Below, one piece after another: positions 54,494-64,000 of a stretch of 64,000 nt of DNA. The notes beneath the pieces were generated by a model, which saw only the letters and a list, made by a program, of their open reading frames with translations, had not been told where the DNA came from and did not search any database. The stretch's first letter is position 1. Every line of letters starts with the position of its first letter. Source of the DNA: an uncultured Chloroflexia bacterium (GTDB taxonomy: Bacteria > Chloroflexota > Anaerolineae > B4-G1 > SLSP01); assembly GCA_963751345.1 (NCBI GenBank), contig CAVVUS010000011.1, forward strand, positions 455,981 through 519,980, written 5' to 3'. The position numbers and the translations under genes are program-made.

Positions 54494-56004
54494 GCAGCGC
54501 GTCGCGGGTTGGCCGCCTGCGCCTGGACATCTCGCACCTGTGGCCCATCATCATCCTGGCCGCCTTCGGTTTCCTGGTCTCTCTGAATCCTCTACCCCCA
54601 AACGACTTCTGGTGGCATCTAAGGATCGGCGAGATAATCTCCAGGACCCACGAAATCCCCAGCACGAACCAATTCGCCTGGACCCTGCCCTCTGATTCCA
54701 CCTTCGTATATGCAGCATGGCTTGGCGAGCTGGCGCTATACGCTATCTATCGATGGGGCGGGCTGGCGCTGGTGACCTTCGTCCGTACGCTAATCGTCCT
54801 GATGGCCTTCTGGCTGGTGGCCGTTGAAGCACATCGACGCAGCAACTCGTGGCGCATTGCAGCATTCGCCCTCGGGCTTGCCTGCCTGATGTCTCTGAAT
54901 AACCTCGTGATTCGTCCACAGCTCTGGTCGTTCCTGCCGTTTGTGATCTTCTTCACCCTGCTAAGCCGCTATGTGGATGGTGACCTACGGCGGGGGTGGC
55001 TCCTCGTCTGTCCCGGCATCATGGTGCTGTGGGTCAATGCACACGGGGCTTTCGTCTTGGGCCTGGTGCTCTGCGGAGGTGTCGCAGTCGGCGAGCTATT
55101 TCAGCTACTCACGGGAGGTGCCAGCGCCGATAGGCGCCGCAGAACGCTTTGGCTGGGTTTCATCACCCTATTGGTGGCCCTGGCAACGCTTGTGAACCCA
55201 CGGGGCCTTGAGATTGCGACTTATGTACGGGATCTGCTGACAGATGCGCCGAGCCAGTCGCTGGTCGTCGAATGGCAGTCGCCCACGCCAACGGGCATCG
55301 CCAACGTTGCATTCTACGTCAGCATCCTTGTGATACTCCTCGTATTTGCCTCCTCACGCGTGCGTCTCAGAGCCACCAATGTGCTCCTTCTACTAGGCTT
55401 TCTCTGGCTCGCCTGGCAAGGTCAGAGATACGTCGTCTGGTTTGCCATGGTCGCAATGCCAATCCTCGCGGAAGCCATTGCGGGGCTGGACCTCTCGTTC
55501 TTGCAGGCCCGCGACCTTCGCCGAAACTGGCTCAACACCGCGCTCGGCTGTCTGCTCTTTCTACCGGTCGTACTCGTGCAACCCTGGTGGGTGGAGCGGA
55601 TGCCGTTGCCGGATATCTACTGGTCACAGGTCCATCGCGGCACCGACATCGGGCCGCTGACTGACGTTGAGACGCCGATTGGCGCGGCCGAGTTTCTTGC
55701 GGCACACCCGGGAGGCCGGCTGTTTAACGAAATGGGCTATGGGAGCTATCTCATCTGGGCTGTGCCAGAGCAAGGCGTCTTCATTGACCCCAGGGTCGAG
55801 CTATATCCCTATGACCAGTGGATGGACTATGTCCGCATCGGGCGGGGCGTGCGGTACAATGAACTACTCGAGTCGTACGGTGCCGATCGCATTCTGCTTA
55901 GTTTAGCCCAGCAGCCCGAGCTCGCCCTTGCCCTTGCCGATGACCCCTTGTGGACGTTGGAATATGAAGACGCCTACGCGCAGTTGTGGACTCGTAGCGG
56001 ATGA
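54490..56004 (+). CDS. Polytopic GT-C-like membrane protein (DFWWH family)
   Basis: DFWWHLRIG, RPQ, WVNAHGAF, EW.SP, GSYLIW, FIDPRVELY; ATGA overlap with the upstream gene. Confidence 0.8.
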   Translation: MSSASRVGRLRLDISHLWPIIILAAFGFLVSLNPLPPNDFWWHLRIGEIISRTHEIPSTNQFAWTLPSDSTFVYAAWLGELALYAIYRWGGLALVTFVRTLIVLMAFWLVAVEAHRRSNSWRIAAFALGLACLMSLNNLVIRPQLWSFLPFVIFFTLLSRYVDGDLRRGWLLVCPGIMVLWVNAHGAFVLGLVLCGGVAVGELFQLLTGGASADRRRRTLWLGFITLLVALATLVNPRGLEIATYVRDLLTDAPSQSLVVEWQSPTPTGIANVAFYVSILVILLVFASSRVRLRATNVLLLLGFLWLAWQGQRYVVWFAMVAMPILAEAIAGLDLSFLQARDLRRNWLNTALGCLLFLPVVLVQPWWVERMPLPDIYWSQVHRGTDIGPLTDVETPIGAAEFLAAHPGGRLFNEMGYGSYLIWAVPEQGVFIDPRVELYPYDQWMDYVRIGRGVRYNELLESYGADRILLSLAQQPELALALADDPLWTLEYEDAYAQLWTRSG

Positions 56005-56345
56005 CTGTACAGCCTCCGTACGTCTACCGAGTGTGGCCGGTATATGGCGCAGTGCATATCCGTGGGACTCCCACAGTCCTGCGATGCTGCCGTATCTTGT
56101 GGGATCATCCCATAGTCTACGATCTGGCGCGGCGTTCTGGAGTACCGGGATCGCTGGCGCCCGCTCTTCGCGCTCGTCCGGCTTGCCACGCTCCTCAGCG
56201 CACCGCTGACGCTCGCCCAACTGAGATAGCTGCCGGTGGCCGTGCAGATCAGCGTGCCCGTCCTGGCGTTCGTCTACGTTGAGGTTTTCCGGGCTCTACT
56301 GTCAGGCAGGGAGGCGCCAGCAGCGGTCGGCGGGATGGCCAGCGT

Positions 56346-57880
56346 CTAGGGTGACGCTAGTCTGCGTCGCGTCAGAATCACTGCCGATCCATCGGCGTAG
56401 ATCTCGGTCCACTCAGGCGAGCCCTGCGCGGCAGCGACGAGAGCCGGTTGCGTGGTCGGACTGAGCATCAGCGTTTGGACGCCGTACTTGTTGAGTCGCT
56501 GCTCCCAATCGCCCTGTGCTGCAGAGACATTGAGGTAATCGAGCCAGAGGTCGAGCGGATAGAGCTCGATGCGTGGATCCACAAAGACGGGGTAGGCCGG
56601 CTGTGCGGCCCAGGCCAGATAGCTGCCAAAGCTGACCTCGTTGAAGAGTGGTCCCTGGGGCTGCTCGCTCAGCAGGAAGTCGGTAGCGCGATTGGAGTCT
56701 CGCCGGAGACCAGGCCCGCCTTGACTGGGGGGAGAGGCAGATACCGCTTGAACCACGGGAGCGTGACGCCTGCGCCTAGCAGCAGCACGATGGCGAACAC
56801 CGTGTTCAGCGTCGCGGATTGCGGGGCAGGCGACTCCTATGGGCATGGCGGGCATACGCTGTAAGGGCGGTGGCGTGGTCCGCCAAGATCGGTGCCGCCA
56901 CCAGGCCGAACCAAATCGCGCCGCGCGTCGTACGGAGGCCCAATGCGCCGAAAGTCAGGAAGATCGTGAGCTGGAGGGCTGTGGGCCGGCGGGGAGATAC
57001 AGCCAGCAATGCGGCCAGGGCCGAGAAGAGCGGCCAGAGAACAGGCCGCCGTCAAGGGAGCCAGAACGACGGCGGCGCCCACTCCGGCACCAGTCCCTGG
57101 ACGGCGGCGTTGGACGTGAGATCCGTGACGTAGCTCAGGATGCCAGGACCACCGGGGTTGAGCAGACACGCCAGGCTCGCCGTCGCGAGCGCCGCGGTAG
57201 CGGCGATCAGCCGTCGTGTGAACGGCCTTTCCCGTTTCGTGCAGGCGCTGTCGCCAGAGCTTGCCAGGCTCTCATCGACGAGCCACAGGCCGACCAGCAG
57301 CAGGCCGATCACGAAGGAGCCGTGGCAGTTCACCCAGACGACCATCCCACGGGGAAGACCGCGAGCAGCCAGCGTCGCGGGCGCTCGCGATAGGCCTGGA
57401 TGGTCAGCAGGAAGAGCGGGGCCAGCCAGAAGGTGAAGGCCTGCGGGCGGACGTTCCAGTCGTTGATCCCGAGCGCTGCGGCAAAGAACGTGGCGCCGGC
57501 GGCGACGCGCCAGTCGTGGGTCAGGCGGTAGCAGAGCCACAGCGTCAGCGCATAGGCGCCGGTCACGATCAGGCTGTGGGCGAAGACGATCAGGGCCGGG
57601 CCGCCCAGCGCTATAGACGAGGTAGAAGGCCGTCTCGGCCAGCCAGTAGACTTGGTAGGCGGGGTAGGGGGTGCCGGCGGCGGTGAACGAGGTCGTGTCG
57701 ACCGTCGGGATGTGGCCTGTGGTCACGATCTCGCGCCCGGCGGCCATGTGCCACCAGAAGTCATGAGGGCGGATGGGGTGGGTGTTGAGGAAGATGAAGA
57801 TGCCGACGAGCACGGCCAGCGGCCAGAGGTGGGCGATGGACAGTTTGGGCAGACGTCTAGTGATCGTGTTTGGGCATGCC
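56346..57880 (-). CDS. Paralog of the 54490-56004 protein (multiple frameshifts; start approximate)
   Basis: DFWWHMAAG, RPQ, WVNCHGSF, EWAPP, GSYLAW, FVDPRIELY. Confidence 0.75.
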
Positions 57881-58006
57881 TTCAGTTCCCAATCTCCGTG
57901 ACAGGACAATTGACCTATGGTACTATCCGCTCAGAACGTGTCAATGTGCTGTCTGTCGGGCTCGCCATCGTTTTCATCTGCATCTGCGCCACTCAGGGAG
58001 ATCGGG

Positions 58007-59539
58007 ATGCGTCGACTAGCGACCTATATCCGGCTATGGATGCGATCTGGAGACAGCATTACACCTGGTTTGGCCTCTATATATGTGTTCCTTGCATGTG
58101 TATTGATCTTCCTAATGACCCAAGTGAATGTGGTCGGCGGTGATAGTCCCGGCATCGCCTACCTGACAGTCTCGTTGCTGAAAGAGGGGACGTTTCGGCT
58201 GGACGGGTTCATCAATCAGAATCCCTTCTTTGATCTACAGCGTGCTCCTCACTATGTCGTTGAATCCCAGGGGCATTACTACTCCAAGTTCTCTCCCCTA
58301 CCGTCCCTAATGGCAACCCCGGTGTATGCTATTGGGCTGGCTCTCGCGCCTGGTGTTGAGGGCGATATACAGGCTGAGGCCGCCCTCTATATGCTATTGT
58401 CTCGGGTCGCGGCTGTGGTGCTCTCATCTGCGGTTACTGTGGCCGTCTTCCTGCTGCTGCGCTTTCTAGTCAAGCAATCCGAGGCGATGTTATTGGCGCT
58501 TGCATATGCCCTCGGAACGTTCACGTGGGCTTCTGCTACCAACACGCTCGCTGCTCAGAGTTCTGGAGAACTCCTCATGGCTTGTGCGCCTCTCCGCACT
58601 CGTGTACTACGAAGTGAGTGCTGGTCAGACATGGGCCGCCGCTCTGCGTTGGGGGTTGCGGGACTCTTGCTTGGCTTGGCTGTTGCGGCGAGGCCCCAGT
58701 TAGTGCCGAGTGCTGCGCTCTTGGGGATCTATGCTATGGTGCGGGCGCGACACGATGGTTGGTCCGGGGCCAGTTTCGTCCTTGGAGCGCTCATCATCGC
58801 GGCTCTGTGGGGAACGTACAATGTGCGGGTTTTGGGTCACCTCTGCAGACCGGTTACCAGCGAGAGGCAATAGAGGGCTGGTCCACGCCGCTCTCGGTCG
58901 GACTCCCCGGACTACTCTTGTCACCGAGCCATGGTCTTCTGATGTACAGTCCCATCCTCTTGCTTGGGTCTGTCTGGGCAACTGTTGTCATATGGCACCG
59001 CGGCGCAACAAAGTGTGATGATGGCAGCCGGATCGTGTGGCGGACGGAGACTCGTACCGCTTGGCCGTGTCTCGAGTCTGGCTGTGCTGATACAGGTGCT
59101 GTTGATGAGTCACTGGTGGGCATGGCACGGCGGCGTCGCCTACAATCAGCGCATGCTGCAGGAAGTTCACCCACTGATGATCTTTATGACTGCCCTGGGA
59201 CTTGCGGGTCGCAGGGCGCCAGGCGTGCGCGCTGTGCTGATCGGGGCCGCGCTCTGGGGGAGCTTTCTGAATGCGTGTCGGGTCGCCTTCTGGGATCAGC
59301 ACTTGGCCTGGGTGGAGGTCTATCATCCCGAGATCGTCTGGTCCTTCCGAGATATCGAGCCCCTCGCATATCTGCGTTGGCACGGATCCGCAGGATTTCT
59401 TGTCGGCATCCTCGGCGTGCTGGGGAAGGTACTGGTGGGGCTCGTACTGCCTGCGCTGGTGATCAGGACGATCGGTCGGCAGAGACAGGCCGGACCCGTT
59501 GCGGACGCTCTTGCCGCCTGGACGGTCAACAGGGGATAG
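58007..59539 (+). CDS. GT-C-like polytopic membrane protein (frameshifted)
   Basis: YYSKF, ARPQ, GLLLSPSHGLLMYSP, WWAWHGG...RML.E. Confidence 0.65.
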
Positions 59540-59542
59540 CCG

Positions 59543-60777
59543 ATGACCCAAACGTCCGGGCATCGTTACCTCCCCTACTTTGGTCTCGTGATTGATCCTG
59601 TTCCTGGTCCGGGTCGTAGCCCACGCAGAGCTCGGCTGTCATGTCGATGTCAGGCCCCTATCGACCCGAGAACAAGCCATCGCCATATGGCCGCCACAAT
59701 CGCCGCTGGAGTTGGGTAGGAGCGTGTGTGGTTCGCTCCCACTTGAGCGCTGGGACATCGAGTACTACATCCGAATTGCGTCGTCCGGGTATCTCGCAGG
59801 GGATGGCACCCTGCAGTTCACCCGCTGTATCCCCTCCTGGCGCGTGTGCTGGTTCGCGATCTGGCGTCTGGACCGCTACCTCACTCGCCATGGTTGCGTT
59901 TGGTGCTGCCACTTGGGATGGTCTGGGCCTTCTATCGATCTGGCTCGACTCGACCTCGAACGGCGCGATGCGCAGTTCGCTACGTTCGTGTCTGATGCTC
60001 AGTCCCTATGCTCTGGCGCTCTACGTGCCCTATACAGAGTCCCTGTATCTCTGCTCTTTGCTGTGCTTACGTTCTCCTGTGGGCTCGCAGGAGCCGGTGG
60101 TGGCTCGCAGGAGGGCTGCGGTTGCGGCGAGCCTGACTCGGTCGCAGGGCGTGCTTCTCTTGCTCCCGCTTAGCGTGGCTATCTGGAACGATCTGGAGGG
60201 CACCGTTACGAGTCGGGCAGGACTTGCGCCAATCGGGGGCTTTGCAGGTCGCGTCTTTGCTCTGGTGTCTGCTCCTTTGACGCTCGTCGTCGTGGTTGCT
60301 CTATCGCCGTATGTTCCTGGACGCCTCGCGCCCGCCGGAAGAGGCTAGGGCTCGTTCACTCCATATTCTTCTCCGGCTGACTCGTACCAGGTAGTGCCAG
60401 TGTCAGGCCTTCGTGGCACCGTGGACGGCGTTGGCGAGGGGATTCGCCAAGTTGCTCAGCGCCCCAGATGTCGACATCGTCGTCAACCTGACGTGGGCCA
60501 CGGTCTTTCTCGTGATGTTGGTCTGACCTGGCGGCATCTGCGCAGTGAGTATAGACTATACACGATGTCTATGGCGCTGGTGAGCTTTTCTCTACATACG
60601 GGGCCGACGCATCCATATATGGGGCTTCTGCGGCATCTGCTTCTTGCGTTTCCGGTTTTTCTTGGGTAGCTCAAGGTATACAGAGCGAGGCCCGTCGCGC
60701 AGTTGCCGCGCTAATTGGCGGTTTGAGCCTGTGTTTCGTACTGCTACTATATGGGCTGGAAAGGATGGGCTGCCTGA
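59543..60777 (+). CDS. PIG-V/GT76-like mannosyltransferase family protein (multiple frameshifts)
   Basis: RWDIEYYIRIA..GY, PYTESLYL, LTRSQG, RHLLLAFP. Confidence 0.65.
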
Positions 60778-60899
60778 GACATCGTCGAGCCAGGACTCAG
60801 CCAGTGAGACTCATCGCGTTGGCCGTGTCGTCGGTGAACCCGACGCACGTCGCCTAGAGTCTGTCATGCACTTTGACTGACGAATGAGGTAGGATACCC

Positions 60900-61014
60900 T
60901 GTGTGCCAATGACTTTGACACACACCAGATGGCAGTATGAGTCTGCACCCCAGAGGCAGTGCTCATGGCAGACTATGGCTGTACTTTGTCCAACTGCGTT
61001 ACGTTTGACACGCA
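60900..61014. mobile_element. Orphan IS end (possible MITE) related to the mini-IS3 at 32950-33300
   Basis: 60900-60928 is 28/29 identical to the reverse complement of 33272-33300; a weak partner end TTTGACACGCA ends at 61014. Confidence 0.6.
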
Positions 61015-61164
61015 GCGGGTAGAGAGACAATAGTGGCAAGTTTAGCTTACACTGCAGGGGTTGCACAATGGCGCATCTGAGCATACTGTCTCTAAGGAAC
61101 CACGGTCTCTCGACGATTAGAGACCGTAGCTCTATCAATTGGCTGTGTTGATACGGGGCCGGCT

Positions 61165-62833
61165 GTGAGCGGATCTCGTCGGGTTTCCATCTTGTTGCTC
61201 CTGCTGGCCTTCGCGATGCGTATGTGGAGGCTAGACACCGATCCCCCTCCCGCGGACCTGATTCGTGATGAGGCTCCCTGGACAGACGAGGGCACGATCG
61301 CTCATCCTGTGATTCAGGCTATTGAGAGCGGCAATGGTTGTGGTTCCCTTGCTTTCGTTGGCGGGCGCTCTCTCCATCAGATCATGCTCTGCGGCGTGTT
61401 CCAGCACTTTGGCGTAAGCAAAATCGCAGGTAGGTGGCTCACCGCTTTCTGCGGCATGATCGGATTGTCGGTACTTGGGTGGATGGGCTGGACTATTTGG
61501 CCGAAGTACGGAGCTCAACTGACATATGGATTGGCCGGTACAGGCTTTCTCTATGTGGTCTTTGACCGACTACTCCTCACGGAAGGGATCCTTATCGCCT
61601 TGCTTACATGCTGCGCCTGTTTGGGCATCATAGCAGACAGAAGGTGGCAGGGCTTCTTAGTAGGATGTCTTGTGGGGATACTGGCTATGGGGTTCAAGCT
61701 CCATGCGCTGGCGTTGGCTCCGGCCCTTCTAGCGATGTACCTCCTAAGACGTCGGCATATGGTGATTCCATTTGCCCTGGGGCTAGCGCTCGTGGTCTTC
61801 GTCTGGCGGGCTTGCTTAGTTCCCGGCGCATCGATTGCGCGCGTAGCTGATGTTCCACCTAGGATTGTTGACAAGACTATGGGCCTTGCTGATCCCCTCG
61901 GCGTACTCCAGCAGATCTGGTGGGCCGGCATCGCGGCCCGGTTCTTCCCTAACCAGGTTCCCATATTGATTTTTGCGAGTCTGGATCTTGTTGCTTGTCT
62001 TCTTCGGCCCAGCCGATGGGTTAGGAGTGCACCTACAACCGCGTTGGTGTGCCTTGCCCTGGTTTGTTATAGCGCTTCTGGGCGCTTGTGCATTCAAATA
62101 TGGTCCGGCTCGCTATTTTCACTTTGTGTCACCACCACTAGTGCTTCTCTCGATATCTGGAATGCGGCGTCTTTGGGAAGGCAGACCTTTTCCCGCCGCT
62201 TCACACGCGCATCGTCTTGCCGTGTCATTGGGATTCGGCATCTGGCTGCTGATGCAGGTTTTCTCGCCTGTGTCGGTTCTCGGTAGATGGCAAGGGTGGG
62301 TTCCTCTGCTAGGAGTGCCACTACCGCTGTTTCTGTTCTGGCTCTTGAATCTACAACGTGATACTTGGGTGATGGCGTCTGTCCGCTACCGTCGGATACC
62401 ATTCCTGGTCTTGCTGACCGTTCAGTTCCTGCTTCAGGGCATCCTCTATACTGCCGGTGTGGCTATGAGTAGGCCTGACTTATCGAATGCGTCATCGGAT
62501 CTCTCGTTAGCACTTCCCGATGGCGCCATATTGGCAGGGCGACTGGCTGGTACTGTGGCTTTGACGGGAAGCTTCCACGCGGTGCCCCTCCTAGAAGATG
62601 TCGAGGTCTCAACGCTCACGAGTCTGAGTGAAGCCGGACCAGTCTGGGTGATTCTCCTAGAGGGCGATGAATTTCGAGTCGAATCTGCGCTGTGGCCACG
62701 CTTGACGCTGATACGCACATATCCGGTACACTACCTTCGCGACTCCCGGTCACTGTCGATATGGAGATTTGATGCGAACAGCAGTCTGCCGATGCCTGCC
62801 AACTTAGTGCATTTTCCGGAGCGGAGATGCTAG
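61165..62833 (+). CDS. ArnT/PMT-like (GT-C) membrane protein (frameshift near 62060)
   Basis: RMWRLD...WTDEG, RLLLTE, many TM helices; lower-GC codon usage. Confidence 0.65.
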
Positions 62834-63027
62834 ATGTGCCATCCCAGAACCGCTGCCTATCACATGAGTGAGCATCTCGCGCTTGTGTCCTCTGTGACTT
62901 TATCCCATACATGCGCTATGTCATTTTTCATATTGCAGGAGAATGGTTATAATAGTACAATGGTCTTGGCGTGTGATAAAGGGTCCCGCCCCCTTTGATC
63001 ATCACGCTGTTGGTTACCCTCCTTTCG

Positions 63028-63059
63028 CAGAAACACGCCCCGCAAGGGGCGTGTTTCTG
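63028..63059. terminator. Terminator hairpin
   Basis: CAGAAACACGCCCC-GCAA-GGGGCGTGTTTCTG. Confidence 0.8.
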
Positions 63060-63097
63060 TTCATGGCGAATGACACGGCGTGGGAAGCTCCATGCCC

Positions 63098-63797
63098 TCA
63101 TCCCATCACCAGCAGCCGTCTGCAACTGTCGCAGTACGCCTCCTGGCCGCGCTCGACCTTGACGCGCGTGGGACGGAGGACTTCGGTGCCGCAGATGCTG
63201 CAGGTGCCGGCCCTGAGCTGCGCGACCGGCAGGTGGCCGGTGCGCTCCCGCAGGTAGCCGTAGGTGTCGAGCATCGCGGGCGGGATCTCGGCCGCGGTGG
63301 CCTCCCGCTCCCGCGCCAGCCCCTCGATGCGGGTCTCGAGCTTGGCACGCTCCGCCAGCAGTCTGGCGTGCAGGTCCTCCCCGCGCTGTTCCAGCGCGAC
63401 GACGCGGGCGGCCGCCGCCTTGGCCGCCAGGTCGGTCTCCTCGCGCTCGATCATCGCCTCCAGCACCTCGTCCTCCAGCGTGGCAACGCGGCGCTTGAGC
63501 GACTCCAGCTCGGCCTGGAGGTCCTGCAGCTCGCGGCTGTTGACGATCCGCCCGCTGTAGAGGTTCTGCTCCTCGCGGGACGCGCTTGACCTGCGCCTGC
63601 CCGAGCTCGAACTCCAGCTCGTGCTGGGTGTGCCGGGCAGCCTCCACCGCGGCGTCGGCTTGCTGCGCCAGGCGCCGGGCCCGCGCAAGTTCTGCGTCCT
63701 CCTGGAGCTCCAGCGCGATCTCGCCTAACCGCTCCTGGTGCTCCTCCATCTCTAGGTCAATCTGCTGCAGGCGGATCAGCGCTTGGGGCCAGGGCAT
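63098..63797 (-). CDS. Coiled-coil protein with C4-type zinc ribbon (DUF164/zf-RING_7-like), frameshift near 63585
   Basis: LQQIDLE, LYSGRI...EL..LQ.E, CSICG...CDSCRRLL. Confidence 0.85.
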
Positions 63798-63829
63798 GGG
63801 AGCGTCTCCTTTGGGAAGCGGTAAGAATG

Positions 63830-63955
63830 AGCTTTCAGCTATCAGCGGTCAGCAAGGGGAGTAGGAAGTAGGGAGTAGGCCTTGTAGCGCGCTCTACTCT
63901 TACTCCTTACTCCTTACTCCTGCTTTTTCGCTGAGAGCTGTTAGCTATCAGCTAG
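63830..63955. repeat. Nested heptamer repeats (GCTATCA/GCTGANA and GGGAGTA/TACTCCT)
   Basis: Read directly from the sequence. Confidence 0.7.
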
Positions 63956-64000
63956 CCGGCCGAATTACTCTTCTTGCGATCAAGACTGCCGCGCCGATGA

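Overview
GC-rich bacterial chromosomal window. Gene content and style (TIGR03663-NHL protein, DUF711, archaeal-type ProRS, short Flp pilin, GT-C cluster) suggest Chloroflexota/Anaerolineae; this is inference. Single-base frameshifts hit many genes, including essential proS, so most are probably long-read indel errors rather than pseudogenes. Main content: housekeeping and metabolic genes (1-21 kb); a complete type I-C CRISPR-Cas locus (cas3-5-8c-7-4-1-2 plus 37 repeats) surrounded by IS3, IS630 and IS21 relics; a xanthine-dehydrogenase-family operon; a putative sulfated-sugar catabolic region; tRNA-Leu(GAG); PBP2 and maf; and a Flp pilin followed by a cluster of membrane glycosyltransferase-like genes. 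Many REP-like and 7-9-mer palindromic elements occur. The most unusual observations are: (1) two homologous, apparently non-coding units (33.7-34.65 kb plus strand; 50.4-50.67 kb minus strand) that share a promoter, a LexA-type SOS box and three copies of a TT(A)C(G/C)AAACGAACCCATTTTC motif; (2) a 351-bp mini-IS3 truncating the I-C array mid-spacer and joined to a two-repeat mini-array of a different 37-nt repeat family; (3) an orphan Flp pilin heading a prenyltransferase-repeat/DUF362/GT-C cluster. All counts and identities are hand-made from the sequence.
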